A stretch of 64,000 nucleotides of DNA from Andalucia godoyi And28. Lineage: Eukaryota; Protista; Jakobida. Where the stretch lies: positions 31,073 to 95,072 of the forward strand of contig VRVR01000019.1 in the NCBI GenBank assembly GCA_009859145.1. The letters run 5' to 3'. The position numbers and the translations under genes are program-made. A model generated the notes under the pieces. The model did no database searches and had not been told where the DNA came from. It was given only the letters and a program-made list of their open reading frames with translations. Shown one piece after another: positions 20,601-29,200 of this stretch; positions within the stretch are counted from its first letter, which is position 1, and each line of letters begins with the position of its first letter.

Positions 20601-23092
20601 GAAAGATAAGAAATCGGACCGCTGTACTCACCGTGAATTCGCGGTTCGCCGTGCTTCACTTGATCACAGATTGGACGGCATCCAATCCCCAGAATTTTCT
20701 GAGGATGTCTCCTTTGCAAGAACTCCTCTATGATACCCCGATCGGTTTCATGCAGCAGCGAGGTTCCTTCTGTGCTGTCGAAATGGATCATATTCACGAG
20801 GCACCGATTCAAGCCGTCCGTCGTGATGGCTTCGATAAACTTCCCCACCGCCGTTCCCGGACCGCCATTGAGAACCACAATGGGCTTCTCAAGGAAGCTG
20901 GGTCCCAAAGCACGGAGTGCCGACCACACAGCTATGGGCCAGTCTACTCGGTTCACGCACTGCTCTTCCACCACCACTGCCAGCACCGGATCCAGCAACT
21001 TGCCGTCCTTGAGAATCGCAGGACGTCCCTGCAGAGATCGCATGTCCACTCCATTAGAATTGCAAATGGCGGGCATTCGAAGGCGCTTCATTGATTTGCC
21101 TTCAACGTGCCCCCAGATTTGGCGCAGTGCAGGTTCAACAACCGTGGAGTGAAAGGCCACAGTGGTCGGCAGCACCCGGACTCGAATGTCGGATCTTCCG
21201 AGCTGCTTGACACAGCGGAAAAACTGCTTGATTCCTTCGCAGGTTCCAGAGACGACAACGACGGAAGGAATATCCGCGTTTCCGATCCAACCAGGCGGTG
21301 TCAGTGTTTCCTGGTACACAGAAGACGCCTCCACGTTGATCAGCCCAATTTCAATGACCTCCTCCGCATCCAGCAGTCGACGAACTTCCAGCAAGACGTT
21401 TGTCACTTCTGGCACCGATAGGCCCACAATGCTTGCCATCGACATCTTTCCTGTGAACCGCTCAACAAGGTCAAACTGCTCATCGGATCGTGCCTTGGCA
21501 ATCTGACTCAGCGTCAGGTCATCTCCTGATTCTGGATCCCACCAGCTATCGACCTCCTGCATGTACCGGCCGTTTCTGACGAGCAAATCCAAAACATCGT
21601 CGTCCTCCACAGCCCCAACAGCATGGAGAACGAGCATCTGGCCTTGCGAATGTCCAAGAACAACTGCCTTGGACAGATCATACCCCATCGCCGCCAAGTG
21701 CACATTGATCGCAGCCTGTGTTAGCCCAATTAAAGGCTGCGAAAACTCCGCACGAATGAGTGCGTCTCCATCGTTCTGCATCAAGCCGTCGTCTGTCAGG
21801 ACAAACGATGCGTCGAGGTTGTGGAGTTCGAGGAGTCGCCGCATCTGCGTGTCAATGAAGCGACGCGCGGCAGGAGACGACTTGTGGAGTCTGCGCAGCA
21901 CAGGAACAAACTCGGACGCCTGGCCAGGCAGCGCATAGATGAAGTTCACTTTGTGCTCGTCGATGAGCTGCGCCAGTGCCGGTTTCGGTTCGGAGGCAGC
22001 TTGAAACAGCGAGCTGTCCTTTGCGATCAGGACCCAACCAATCACAAACGTTGTTGCATCTGCATTGTCTGAGGAGCACCACGACGCGGCAGCGGCACAC
22101 CCGTTGCCGCCCTCTCTTTCAACAAGGCACTTCATGGCATCTGCAGAAGATCCAGAGACGTCCAAGACTGCCGACGTGGCTGACAAAGACCGTGCAATGC
22201 GCACATGGTCATACACGTTCGCCATGAAATGCGGCTGTTGTCCTCCACCATAGTACGTAGCCTTGTAGAGACACTCTGCCAAACAGTGTTTCCAGACTGC
22301 ATTGTCATGGTCAAGCTGTGACGAACCGCTATGGTGATCTGCAGACGAGCGCACGACATCAATGCCGATACCAGCAAACGGGCATGTCGACGGAGCGACT
22401 GGAACAACCACCACTGCGATTCCCATGTTCCCATCATCTGCAAACGACGCAAGCAAGTCGCGACCACATTGGAGACTGTGGTTTCCGAATCGAACTGCGC
22501 GCTGGTACTGCGGCCTTGCGCTCGCTCCTTTGAATTCTCGTGCGTACTCGATGTCGCTCCAATTCGGGCTCTCTCCCAGCGACGATGCGAACGCCTCTTT
22601 TAACGCCACCTTGATCGACATTAGCCCTGCGATCCGCGAGTACAGCTTTCCATCTAACACCACCCGCACGCCCCCATCATCTCCACCATCATCATCATCA
22701 TCATCATTCTCATCACCCCCATCTTCAGCCTGACCTCGGTCCTGGCGGTCGGCGAGTCTGGAGCAGTACTCGCCGAGGTTGTCGAGGTTGCGCTCGGTGC
22801 GCGAAAACACCCTGCACAGCGACCGTTTGGGAATCGCAGTCCGTGGCGGCACATGTGCAGCCGCGAGTCCAAACCCGCTAAACGCGACTGCAACAACAAT
22901 CCGCGCGATCCCGAGCGCACTGTCCGGCGGCACAAACGACTGTACATGATGCAGCCCATCTCCCGCACTCGCACTCGCACCGTCGTCTCTGGATGCGATG
23001 CGCGGCCACAGAAGCGCAAACAGCGATGACTTCCACATCTTGCAAACCAGCGCTTCGGCAAGATCGGCGTCCTTTTGCGGCTCGAATGTCAT
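11639..23092 (-). CDS. fas: Single-chain microbial/fungal-type type I fatty acid synthase with N-terminal PPTase (PPT-AT-ER-DH-MPT-ACP-KR-KS), 3817 aa
   Basis: Intronless ORF with ordered motifs: GIGIDVV/LAECLYKA (PPT), LPGQ and GHSQG (AT), EGAEGGGH (FMN-type ER), DRQWLHTD...GVIVQG (MaoC DH), GHSLGQY and AFHS (MPT), LNLSSLEI (ACP), GGLGTIG and SPN...GGSGSYPFAK (KR), QACAT, SHSTGT and RHCLGG (KS Cys-His-His). Confidence 0.92.
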   Translation of the reverse strand: MTFEPQKDADLAEALVCKMWKSSLFALLWPRIASRDDGASASAGDGLHHVQSFVPPDSALGIARIVVAVAFSGFGLAAAHVPPRTAIPKRSLCRVFSRTERNLDNLGEYCSRLADRQDRGQAEDGGDENDDDDDDGGDDGGVRVVLDGKLYSRIAGLMSIKVALKEAFASSLGESPNWSDIEYAREFKGASARPQYQRAVRFGNHSLQCGRDLLASFADDGNMGIAVVVVPVAPSTCPFAGIGIDVVRSSADHHSGSSQLDHDNAVWKHCLAECLYKATYYGGGQQPHFMANVYDHVRIARSLSATSAVLDVSGSSADAMKCLVEREGGNGCAAAASWCSSDNADATTFVIGWVLIAKDSSLFQAASEPKPALAQLIDEHKVNFIYALPGQASEFVPVLRRLHKSSPAARRFIDTQMRRLLELHNLDASFVLTDDGLMQNDGDALIRAEFSQPLIGLTQAAINVHLAAMGYDLSKAVVLGHSQGQMLVLHAVGAVEDDDVLDLLVRNGRYMQEVDSWWDPESGDDLTLSQIAKARSDEQFDLVERFTGKMSMASIVGLSVPEVTNVLLEVRRLLDAEEVIEIGLINVEASSVYQETLTPPGWIGNADIPSVVVVSGTCEGIKQFFRCVKQLGRSDIRVRVLPTTVAFHSTVVEPALRQIWGHVEGKSMKRLRMPAICNSNGVDMRSLQGRPAILKDGKLLDPVLAVVVEEQCVNRVDWPIAVWSALRALGPSFLEKPIVVLNGGPGTAVGKFIEAITTDGLNRCLVNMIHFDSTEGTSLLHETDRGIIEEFLQRRHPQKILGIGCRPICDQVKHGEPRIHGEYSGPISYLSSVILQDDEQRREFINRVEKVLNLHDGDGETPSLWSEFLHHLGFDGRLPIAVAAMTGNNRAELVSSVAARGYLCFLAATTLGSDLEALTAEIREIHRRTQELLHSRGDPLWSEGRPFGANVIHGDPSGFYKLQVERILQAKVQEGIPIKIVSVAFSMITLADWKETYEPLLRAGIAILPLCENERRWEHFCNVIYPEVDRSLHHLLAFAPEGAEGGGHNIDRQNPSIRYGHSLAASLLDSAPPPYPWFMTGGQSTPSAIADALLVMANQPVRGGVQLGSLMQVALESAPPVQVKEFLAKAAFEGADAFVQCKSEFDRSINLIRNSFSEDLLELTVMLESKGSDEPIGAELGARTSTLFLREPVSQRKLLHRLWCASLTERNESRNKPLLTDVWPYWLSSDQEKLAAALSRLSRKQVISLFRSYRTWAIMEPDIDPQRSYVLGGRSIRSGMLALAAEGVDPFKYLLKPAHEILEDLRDRALEFLQKSYRLAMEIELSKNALQRRDPVLAAKRLQGVRVLHSDAHEWSCEIVAVPEADDWIRFLSSFGGRKTFNLADGIAEERVSASEFGVRKVSNPLRSAVRTFVGDVVCLRISDGTLREISVSSKEKRELIKITFDEHRSVFLEQWNLMDSTGRLFPVTWSYTVRRSIVGRTRVDVTNYSSTIDDLRSAYLGCWGCNMADGTTERVVADDVLRFHKSMGATSKRFVVRRLKSALVHPFFALHLAWKSLVQCALTSPFAIDFSRVVHSGQSFQSTGVALAEGDVVRVLSQVIRAQDLRAGREVQIWTVVVREPAGELVATLSSKFLSRCWDPSQFSSSQVLFEHLPPAQHSLEQCMCTEGSDALDVHVFSKEFSVSRSMMESYYLDRQWLHTDDRFANRCGLADGVIVQGWLLLLHVGHLFLEGFVGLEHIDRFVGFGESTAVVSPVAPGEQLLLDVRFSRLLQNNIECFSFVVVSRLDGKRKVQGTLLLRAFSSIAMFVGNASQRVGMASSLCETSPHAKARITSALNEIDSRLCKIVCDKESSRRTDEEYLNEVENSSCAIVATCVAYFENAQERGAPPPAYVVGHSLGQYTAAVISGALSLTDSLRIVRKRGLLLKEHCRGRIASVVKRSLMDLGVVLDTLQEVVASSPAFAHSVLEIANINCLSHDYSQVVISGDEDALHAAVKRFGALDYIVKVLPGNVAFHSSKLVAMEALLRDFIVSSTSISNPKIPMLSIVKPCYEDGSLRVLRTKEDVLEELVGMNSASVQWDGVMKTARRSGVLRFVEFGESSVLNNLARRIFSQDPEVRHASVSIGLEALIKTLISASADAVHPSEVPVVSEMKSIATVAANLVAPLAPALAPAPAPAPATATAAVPARSQAGSRQSLAVISPLQWCAIDLALSTCRIDAKGSAMLSPLLSDLSVIGSPSALVWAAIVTSLVDTNESIKLKDIVSSKRLANLNLSSLEITGLINQIRHRLNIAVPPSDHDAKELEGGTVDGIFSLMCRLWDHAFSSAPAKDGEQPWKDVSCSYKSLMNDHQVSGRTFFDLAKDGKVTVESEVFQTLYEQVCCRLVDPLSSTENLDYLMKRVENWKPQAEFKRESDNLRKVRTALFDRLRKQLTVHCARQEDAPLGISEDGVSAVPVSAVNVDALKKLVDDAIRERIAAGASSIPSKPLTQDSVILDMSTGCIIRNDAATADAHHAKKLLEKLSHELSASFISAMTHSWSARVHAAWSHSNLNSCCANALRLMEEVSSKNVEFDSDAYRYKVCHVSHQMDQTRCAWLSSLREFFVSRQDVARSRVCCDLLQHFENGCAVYLHWWEPFTIQSQSDGSRVSRPRAMPLPMVLSQWSDSNFVDSDTMSDVSKLVAGGMDLKGKRVLMLGGLGTIGKPTACVLLSLGADVWITTRSTFGDVEDTLREMRDEWAVCGASLHASTAFSPNYSNIDLLVGALQQLDWKPDIIMNAMASEDYGTISQRLDFFSVMYSLVEAFRYAVGKLLQWYREGEDEHSQPVLTVVNFSSPNDKFALGGSGSYPFAKASMPPGQWAMRRDSEGLYYTRDGSSRPMLREISLITGAVVPRVAAVSSSKAAKPTGIMSSFQHISDLLESVALEEFDTPLWVFDGADMAAIVVSLLNPSYGDQDVIGRCADGGFMRLDQVVVGGIQHVLNRTHAMAALEMHDAEDNENAADNPEVQKQRHVFEVGQVRSLVDYGFWIDELDGADAPYPMIDDEDIVVVGMGMVSSWGDSAISSFANVMDLQQSHFLRSEEDWPSFLGVLYVARAMGLAVEDGMTLDDVVHKFGKQIRANLGPRMLVRTGQRSDEYRRYHDYVGDDEILLGFRTELSSKLEKTSSSFDVSVFHHVERLLQSGYQLEERSVLGEKVVFARKEGASLSRMIIDAIGPQIVADIPPLDWSRLGGNLSIADHDARNILMGQLALTEACRMMGLVPREVTERHGAQNVCVLFSNGMGALETIRRQQQDCMRGMDVGQLGIVLSIPSAAAGRTASDQFGATGPATDDPQACATAKKTLWTAVQQMRSALRKAEDLEKRIGRYNSESMRLEVDRLRATALQKVMCVSCSDDGGTHECQNAFDRVGALLKASEADAKEFPPHRQCRPHDRDRVAKFQIGVGAGAMMLVTGWAVKRYGYRPVAVIRASECCSDGPTLEPDGKSRAWTGVGRFGQRKVFVDGLRDARLFGDVTLKDIYMMSSHSTGTGGDSIQSESFAIGAFLEALDWCMLQSCAGAENETVQQWVAQRTNRTVEDLRSSVASSNDILERSSRLAEQLNFSTSHTAQWISEIANLEAGMKRVLQIDNVRIFESHPKYNLRHCLGGTLTEDVLLLMSGMHRRTLPHPGLNNLEVSTASSPFSATLTKSTHVGATQPSRLRAGTLLQTGDRLRYCVAGNSFGFNGLDGFAIYEIPQALRFSSVDQARVWMLKAIQSEARSVALHRGTQSGKISALQYVQSDSCTTEDYEDLKEFDAAAFVQGMLEARGQQQACIPPWMTQ

Positions 23093-23608
23093 TGTTTAAA
23101 ATTTTAAATAAAATAATAATGAAAGAGTTGGCAAATGAAATGATTATGAAAATGGTATTTATTTTATCATTAATAATATATAAAAAAGAAAAGAAAGGAA
23201 AACGGAAAGGAAAAGAAGCTCACTTCGCTTGCATAATATGTGTGACAGCGGAAATTCAAAAGAGGGAACAATAAGCGGAGGAAGCGGGTCGGGGATTTCG
23301 GGTGATTTTTCGCGATTTCGCCTTGTTTGGTTGCTGATTTTATCCACGTGTTGAGGGTGTTCGGTGCAAAAGGTGCGAGATGCGAGACTCAAGTCGGGAA
23401 TTGAGGATGCGGTCCAAAAACCACTTGGAATCTGTCGTACGGATACGAGCATCGGAGCTGCACATCAATCAAAGCACACGGACGAAGCCCGCCGGCATCC
23501 AAGCAAACCCATCAATACGAACAAATTTGGAAAAACGTTCAGGAGCCATCGGGAAACACGCCACCCAACCCGCCTTCCCCCCCTCTTCTCGAGCATCTAC
23601 TGTACGCA

Positions 23609-24084
23609 TCATCTTTTCGAGTGGGAGCGGACTGCGGAGCCCGTGGGTGCAATGGTGCTTGCGAGTCCGACGGGCGGTTTGGCCGCTCGTACTTCTGCGG
23701 CCCGCGTTCCTCCAGCAGTTCCCATCCCCTTCTTGAGCCCACCATGGACCGGCGCGATCTTTGCAGTCTTGCACGCAGGAATGTGCTTTTCTGCACTGAC
23801 GGCGTTGAACTTGCGGCCGCACGAAGGACATGCAACCCGGTCGTCCTGCGCCTTGATCATCTCGGCAACAGTCACACGCTCCTCGGCTGTCAGTCCGTCG
23901 TTCGCACCGCTTTCCGTCCCCTTTTGCCCGCGAATCATCGACAGGAACTGTGCTCGCTGCGCCTTCCACTTTGGAACAGCCTTCAGAGCCTTGCCTTCGC
24001 CGGATCCACCGCCTCCCGATCCAAAACCAGGTGGAACTTGGCCTCCTGCTGAAGACGATGCCTGCTGCTGCGGTGGTTTCCTGG

Positions 24085-24123
<39 letters not shown>

Positions 24124-25112
24124 GCAGTGCCGACGCTGATCCTGAACCTGATCCTGATCCTGATCCTGATGCGAGTGCTGCCTTTCGCGCTTCGAGACGC
24201 GCCTTCTTTTCTTCGGCCTCCTTTTCCTTTTGAACACGCGCAAGAAACTGTGCGGCTTCATCGCCTGCTGCTCCTGCCACACGGATCGCCGTCATGTCAA
24301 ACGCCTGTCGCTTCGACCCGAACACCTTTTGACACACTTTCTGATGCTTGGCAAGCCGGTCTGCCGCAAACGACCGTCCGCATTGACCACACTGCACAAG
24401 ATCAAGCGGTCCGTCTCCTTCCTCGGCATACTCGGACGGTTGCCCATATGCGTTTGCATTGGTATTGGAGTTGAAACTAGCGTGGGACTGGGAGTTGGAG
24501 TGCGAGTATCCGCCATGTCGACTGGACGATTCTTCTGGCTCCCGGTCATACTCGTCCTCTTCATACCGCGCATACTGCGACTGCGAACGTTGCTGGGGCT
24601 GGGGCTGGGGCTGGGGCTGTGGTTTTGCTTGTGGCTGGGCCCTGGGCTCCACCACCTTGGGCTCCACCTTGGGCTGGGTCTTGGGCTGGGTCTTGGGCTT
24701 TGCAGCAGGAGGCGGTGCGTCGTACGACGGCGGCACATCGTCGACGACATTCGACCACTCGGGCCGCGATGCAAGCCCAGCTGATGGCCCTCTTGCACTT
24801 GCTCGCGACCTTGCCGTCGCACCGGTTGCACTAGTTGTTGCACTGGCTGTTGCATTCGTACTTGTGACAGTGGCGGAGGGGGCGGAGGGGGCGGAGGACC
24901 CGTCATCCGAGTTCCATTCGGGTCGACGCGCCAATCGAGACTGATTCTCCTTGCCACTGGATCTCTTGGCCACGACATTCGGCTTCCTCCGCTCTTCGTA
25001 CGCATCCTCATTCTCGTACCCATTCTCACTCGCATACTCGCTCCCATTCTCGTTCTCGTACCCATATTCTTGCGCATGTCCGCGCCCCGAGTCATGGTAC
25101 TGCGAATGGGTA

Positions 25113-25151
<39 letters not shown>

Positions 25152-25972
25152 GGTGCATACGCCTCGACTTGATGCGGCGTCGGAACCGGCATCGGATACC
25201 CACGAAGCCTCGATGCAGACCTCTCGCTCGCACTGGATGACACCGCACCGCCGTTCCCACTGCCATTCACGCTCCCGTTCGCATTGACATTGACGTTCAG
25301 ATTCAGGACGGAGAGTGGCAACGGCCGGCCAAAAGAGTGCGGCGTCGACAGCAGCAGCCCATTTCCGCCGCCTGTGCTCACAATCGACACGGTCGCCGAG
25401 GAAGACGAGGACTCCCATGGAAGCTTTCCGCCGAGCGTGCGTGGGCGCTGCCGCGACTGGGAGGACGCCGAGGGCCGCTTCACCGCCTCCTGCAGCTCGG
25501 CCAGTCTGCTGCTGCTCCCCATTGCACCCCCAGACCCACCCGCAGACGCGGACGGCGGCAGATGAGATGCGGCATGGTGGCTGTTGCCAACGCTGGTCTG
25601 CGATCGGCTGTAGTCCGAGGCGATCGCATGGTAGTCAATGTCGCCGGGTGTCGAACGCTCTGCCATGTACTCGTGCAGCGCGTCGCGGGGACCCTGCGGG
25701 TGCTGCGATTGATGCTGGGACTGCTGCTTGGCGTGCGCAGGGCGAATGGACGGCGGTTGAGACTGCGCGCGCGGGAAGTGGGAACCCATCAGATCGTCCA
25801 GCGCATCCGCTTCTCTAGCATCACTTGATGCTGCTGCCGCAGCCGGTGGATGGCTCCCGTACGACGGGTCCAGCTTGCGTTGGTCCCGAAGTTCCTTGGC
25901 GCGCTCCAGGGCTTGCCGACGGCGCTCTGCATACTCGGCTGCCTGAGCAGACCCGCGTGTCGACAAGGACAT
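23609..25972 (-). CDS. ZC2HC1: C2HC zinc-finger protein (ZC2HC1/FAM164-like), 787 aa, with long low-complexity N-terminus
   Basis: Two zf-C2HC_2-type motifs: CGQCGRSFAADRLAKHQKVC and CPSCGRKFNAVSAEKHIPAC. Poly-Q and poly-N tracts are present. The first ATG is at 25972; the track start is GTG. Confidence 0.8.
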
Positions 25973-26222
25973 TTCCACACTCTCGAAAGGGGGGAGGGGT
26001 GCTACCTGTATGAAGGGAGAATAAAATAAAATAAATAGATGTACAAAAAAATATATATGTTAAAAGAAGAAATCAGTGAAGTGAATGAAAAATAAAAACA
26101 AAAAAAAACGAGTTCGAAAGAGGGTTTGATTGGTGCCTTTTGTTTTGTGTTTTCTTTTATTTTTTTGATAACGATCGAGAGCACTACAGCTGGCACAAGA
26201 CTGGCGGGGAATTTCTCCTTTT

Positions 26223-29200
26223 TTACAGAACAGAACATGCGGTTGATGCTGGAGCTGCGTTGTGCTCGAGATGCTGGATTCTGGCCTCAAGCGCTTCGAC
26301 TCGGCTTTTGAGGGCCTTGATGGCCTCTGTGAGGAGCGGCACGAGCTCGGGGATGTTTACAGCCGGCAGATCGCGGGACTTCATCACCTCGGCATAGTCG
26401 TTCTTCTCGGCCGTGCGCATATCTCGCTGCGCCTTCATCCGTTGCGCAAACAGCAGCTCCTCCTCCTCCTCCAGCTCCTCCTCCTCCAGCTTCTTCTCCT
26501 CCATCTTCTTCTTCTCGCTTGCTGTGGCCGTGGCCGCAACATTCGCAAACCGATTCTCGTTGGTGGAGCTTGATGGAAGCTTCTTCTTGCGCGAGACGGC
26601 CCAGGGAGCCGCAAGCTCGAGTTCCTCGGCAATGAACCCGACGTGCTGCTCATCAGTATCAGTAAGGCGGTACGTCACGCCTTGCATTTTCGCGACGGTG
26701 TCCAGCGCGTGCTCTGCAGAAATGTCATGAATGTCGTGCTTGATATGGACCGAGGACCAGATTGCCCAGCCTCCACGCGTCCAGATGATGCCGTCTTGAC
26801 CAACTGCGACGCGTGCATCCCAGGTGCTGGTGTCGGCGCGCCAGAGGAAAAAGGAAAAGTCAAGATCAGGGTCAATCGCAGGTGCCCAGATCGTCGGTCC
26901 GTTCGCATCTTCCCACCGCAGCGGCTTCGCGACCCCCGAGTTGTCAAGGCGCAGGACAGATGTCGGCTGGATGTGGTCTGTGGACGACAGGTACAGCACA
27001 GAGTCGCTCGTGGAGATCTGCGAAAGAGAGGACGACGTGATGTTCAGTGTACCAAGCATCAGCGTGTTCAGGCCTCCCGAAAACGAAAACACCGAATTCG
27101 GAGACGTGACGGAGAACGACAGCGCCGGCGCTGCGATGGTCGTCCGAGCACTTGACGGTGAATACGAGAGGAGCAGCGCCGCGGACGAGATCAGTGCAAG
27201 TGTGGACGAGGAGGTGGAAATCGTAGAGGACGCCGCATCCAGGCGCAGCGTGCTCGACGAAGAGGGCGTCCGAACATCCAGCGCACCAGACGTCGTGAAC
27301 ACCGAGACATGCGTGGCATTCAGATACAACGGGTCTGAAGGACTGGCAATCGTCGGGGTGGTGCTGCTCACGGTGCTCGCGGTCAGGAACAGGCGAGAGG
27401 AAACGTACACGCGGTTCGAATCGAGAATGATGTTGTTGGATGCCGTCGAGGTCGCAATGCGCAGGTCGGCAAGGACGGTTCGCGAGCGCAGAGTGTCAAA
27501 CAGCGCAGTCGACCCCATGAGGTACGGCGCGTTGATCAGTACGGCACCGGGAGACTGCAGCGAGATGTTGGAGGATGTCGACTGCAGCGCAAGGTCCAGC
27601 GATGATGAAAACTGCGCAGAAGCCCCGGAAACCTGGAACACGAAACTCCCGCTCACGGGCGCAGCAGAGAAGAGATGCGTCGACGGAGCAAGGCGTACTG
27701 CACCAGTCGACGACGCATCCAGAGTCACGTCGCCCGTCGTTGAAACGAGACGCATCGTCGCCATCGACACTTCGGATGCTTCGAGCGTCAGCACCGAAAG
27801 CGTCGATGTATTGCCAGAGCGGATCGTGAGAGCCTGGTTCGACCGCAGCACGATCGGGCTAGGCAGCGGTGAAGAAGAAGGTGGCACAAGGTCGATGAGC
27901 AGTGCTTGGAGATACAGCGTGCCAGACCCAGGCTCAATGCTCAGCGATGCCGATCCCAGTGGCACAGCAATACGCACAATCGAGTTTGCCGTCGCTGTGG
28001 TGAACGAAAACAGTGTTGCAGACGTGATCAAGGTCCCAGAGACAGGATCAATTGCAATGGGATCCATGGAGGAGTTGGACGCGATCCGCAGGCCATGTGA
28101 TGCCTCCAAAAGCCCTGCGTTTGGCGCAATGCGCACCTGGTGCGACGGGTCTGTGGTGGAGAGAAAGAACGCCGAATCAAGAATGCTGAGTGTCGTGGTG
28201 AAAGGAAGCAAAGACAGGCAAGACCCGGCACCTAGCGCGGTGCACATCGTGAACTGCGAGCGATCGGACGTGATTTGTGATCCTGAAATCGCAGTCTCAA
28301 ATCGAATAAACGATGAAGAACCGGAATCCGATACGAGCGAAAAGTCATTTGCGTACAGCATTGTTGACGAGCCAATCGTGAGCGAAACATCCGGGCTCGA
28401 CGTCGTGACATGGACCTCGGGTTCAGAGGACGCAATCGTCGCCAGGACAGGATCCAGTCCAAGAGTTGCGCCACCAGTCTGGGTCTGTCGGAGCAGCAGC
28501 TTCTGCGAAACCAGCGTCGTCGATCCGTCCAATTCAAGTCGCAGAGTCGAAAACGGGTTGGAAATGACAACGGGAGTGACAGAATCGTGCGAAACAATCG
28601 ATGCATTTCGGTGAATCTGAAGCATTCCCATGTCCAAAACATCTGCCCACACGGAAAACTGGTCCGTCGAACGAAGAATCGATTGCGCTGCCCCAAGGGA
28701 CAAGAAAGGCGACGACACAGAGTCTCCAAACTGCGTAATGAACGCATGCGATGCTTGTATGTACACGCTCGACGATGCATTCGACACATGCAAGTTTTCG
28801 CGAATCCACACATCGGTGGACAGCGCTACGCCTTGCAGCGAGGACAGCACAAGCTGCCGCGGACTCGTCACTTGCTGCACATCGAGAATCAGGGTTCCGG
28901 ACGCTGGAGTGATCTGAATGTCGCCGCCTGCATCCGAGCTTGTGGAAATGTTGAGAACGCCAGCCGTTGCGTTGAAGAGCGGAAACGCCCATTCGTTGCT
29001 TGGGACGTATGGCGCGGTTTCATTGCATGTACACACGTACTGAATGTTGTCTGATGGATCCGGGTCGACCCATGAGGACGATGAGTCGTTGGCGCTGCAC
29101 GACGAGATGTTACACAGCGCAAACGAACCGTTTGTTACATGGCTCCAGAGAGTGGAAGACAGGTTCGCGAGCAACCAGTCATAATCGATGGATCCCGTGC

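Noticed and set aside
23364-24233. 289-aa + strand ORF
   Set aside because: Antisense shadow of the GC-rich, low-complexity ZC2HC1-like gene.
26824-28614. 596-aa + strand ORF
   Set aside because: Antisense shadow of the Ser/Thr-rich fibre gene, with no independent motifs.
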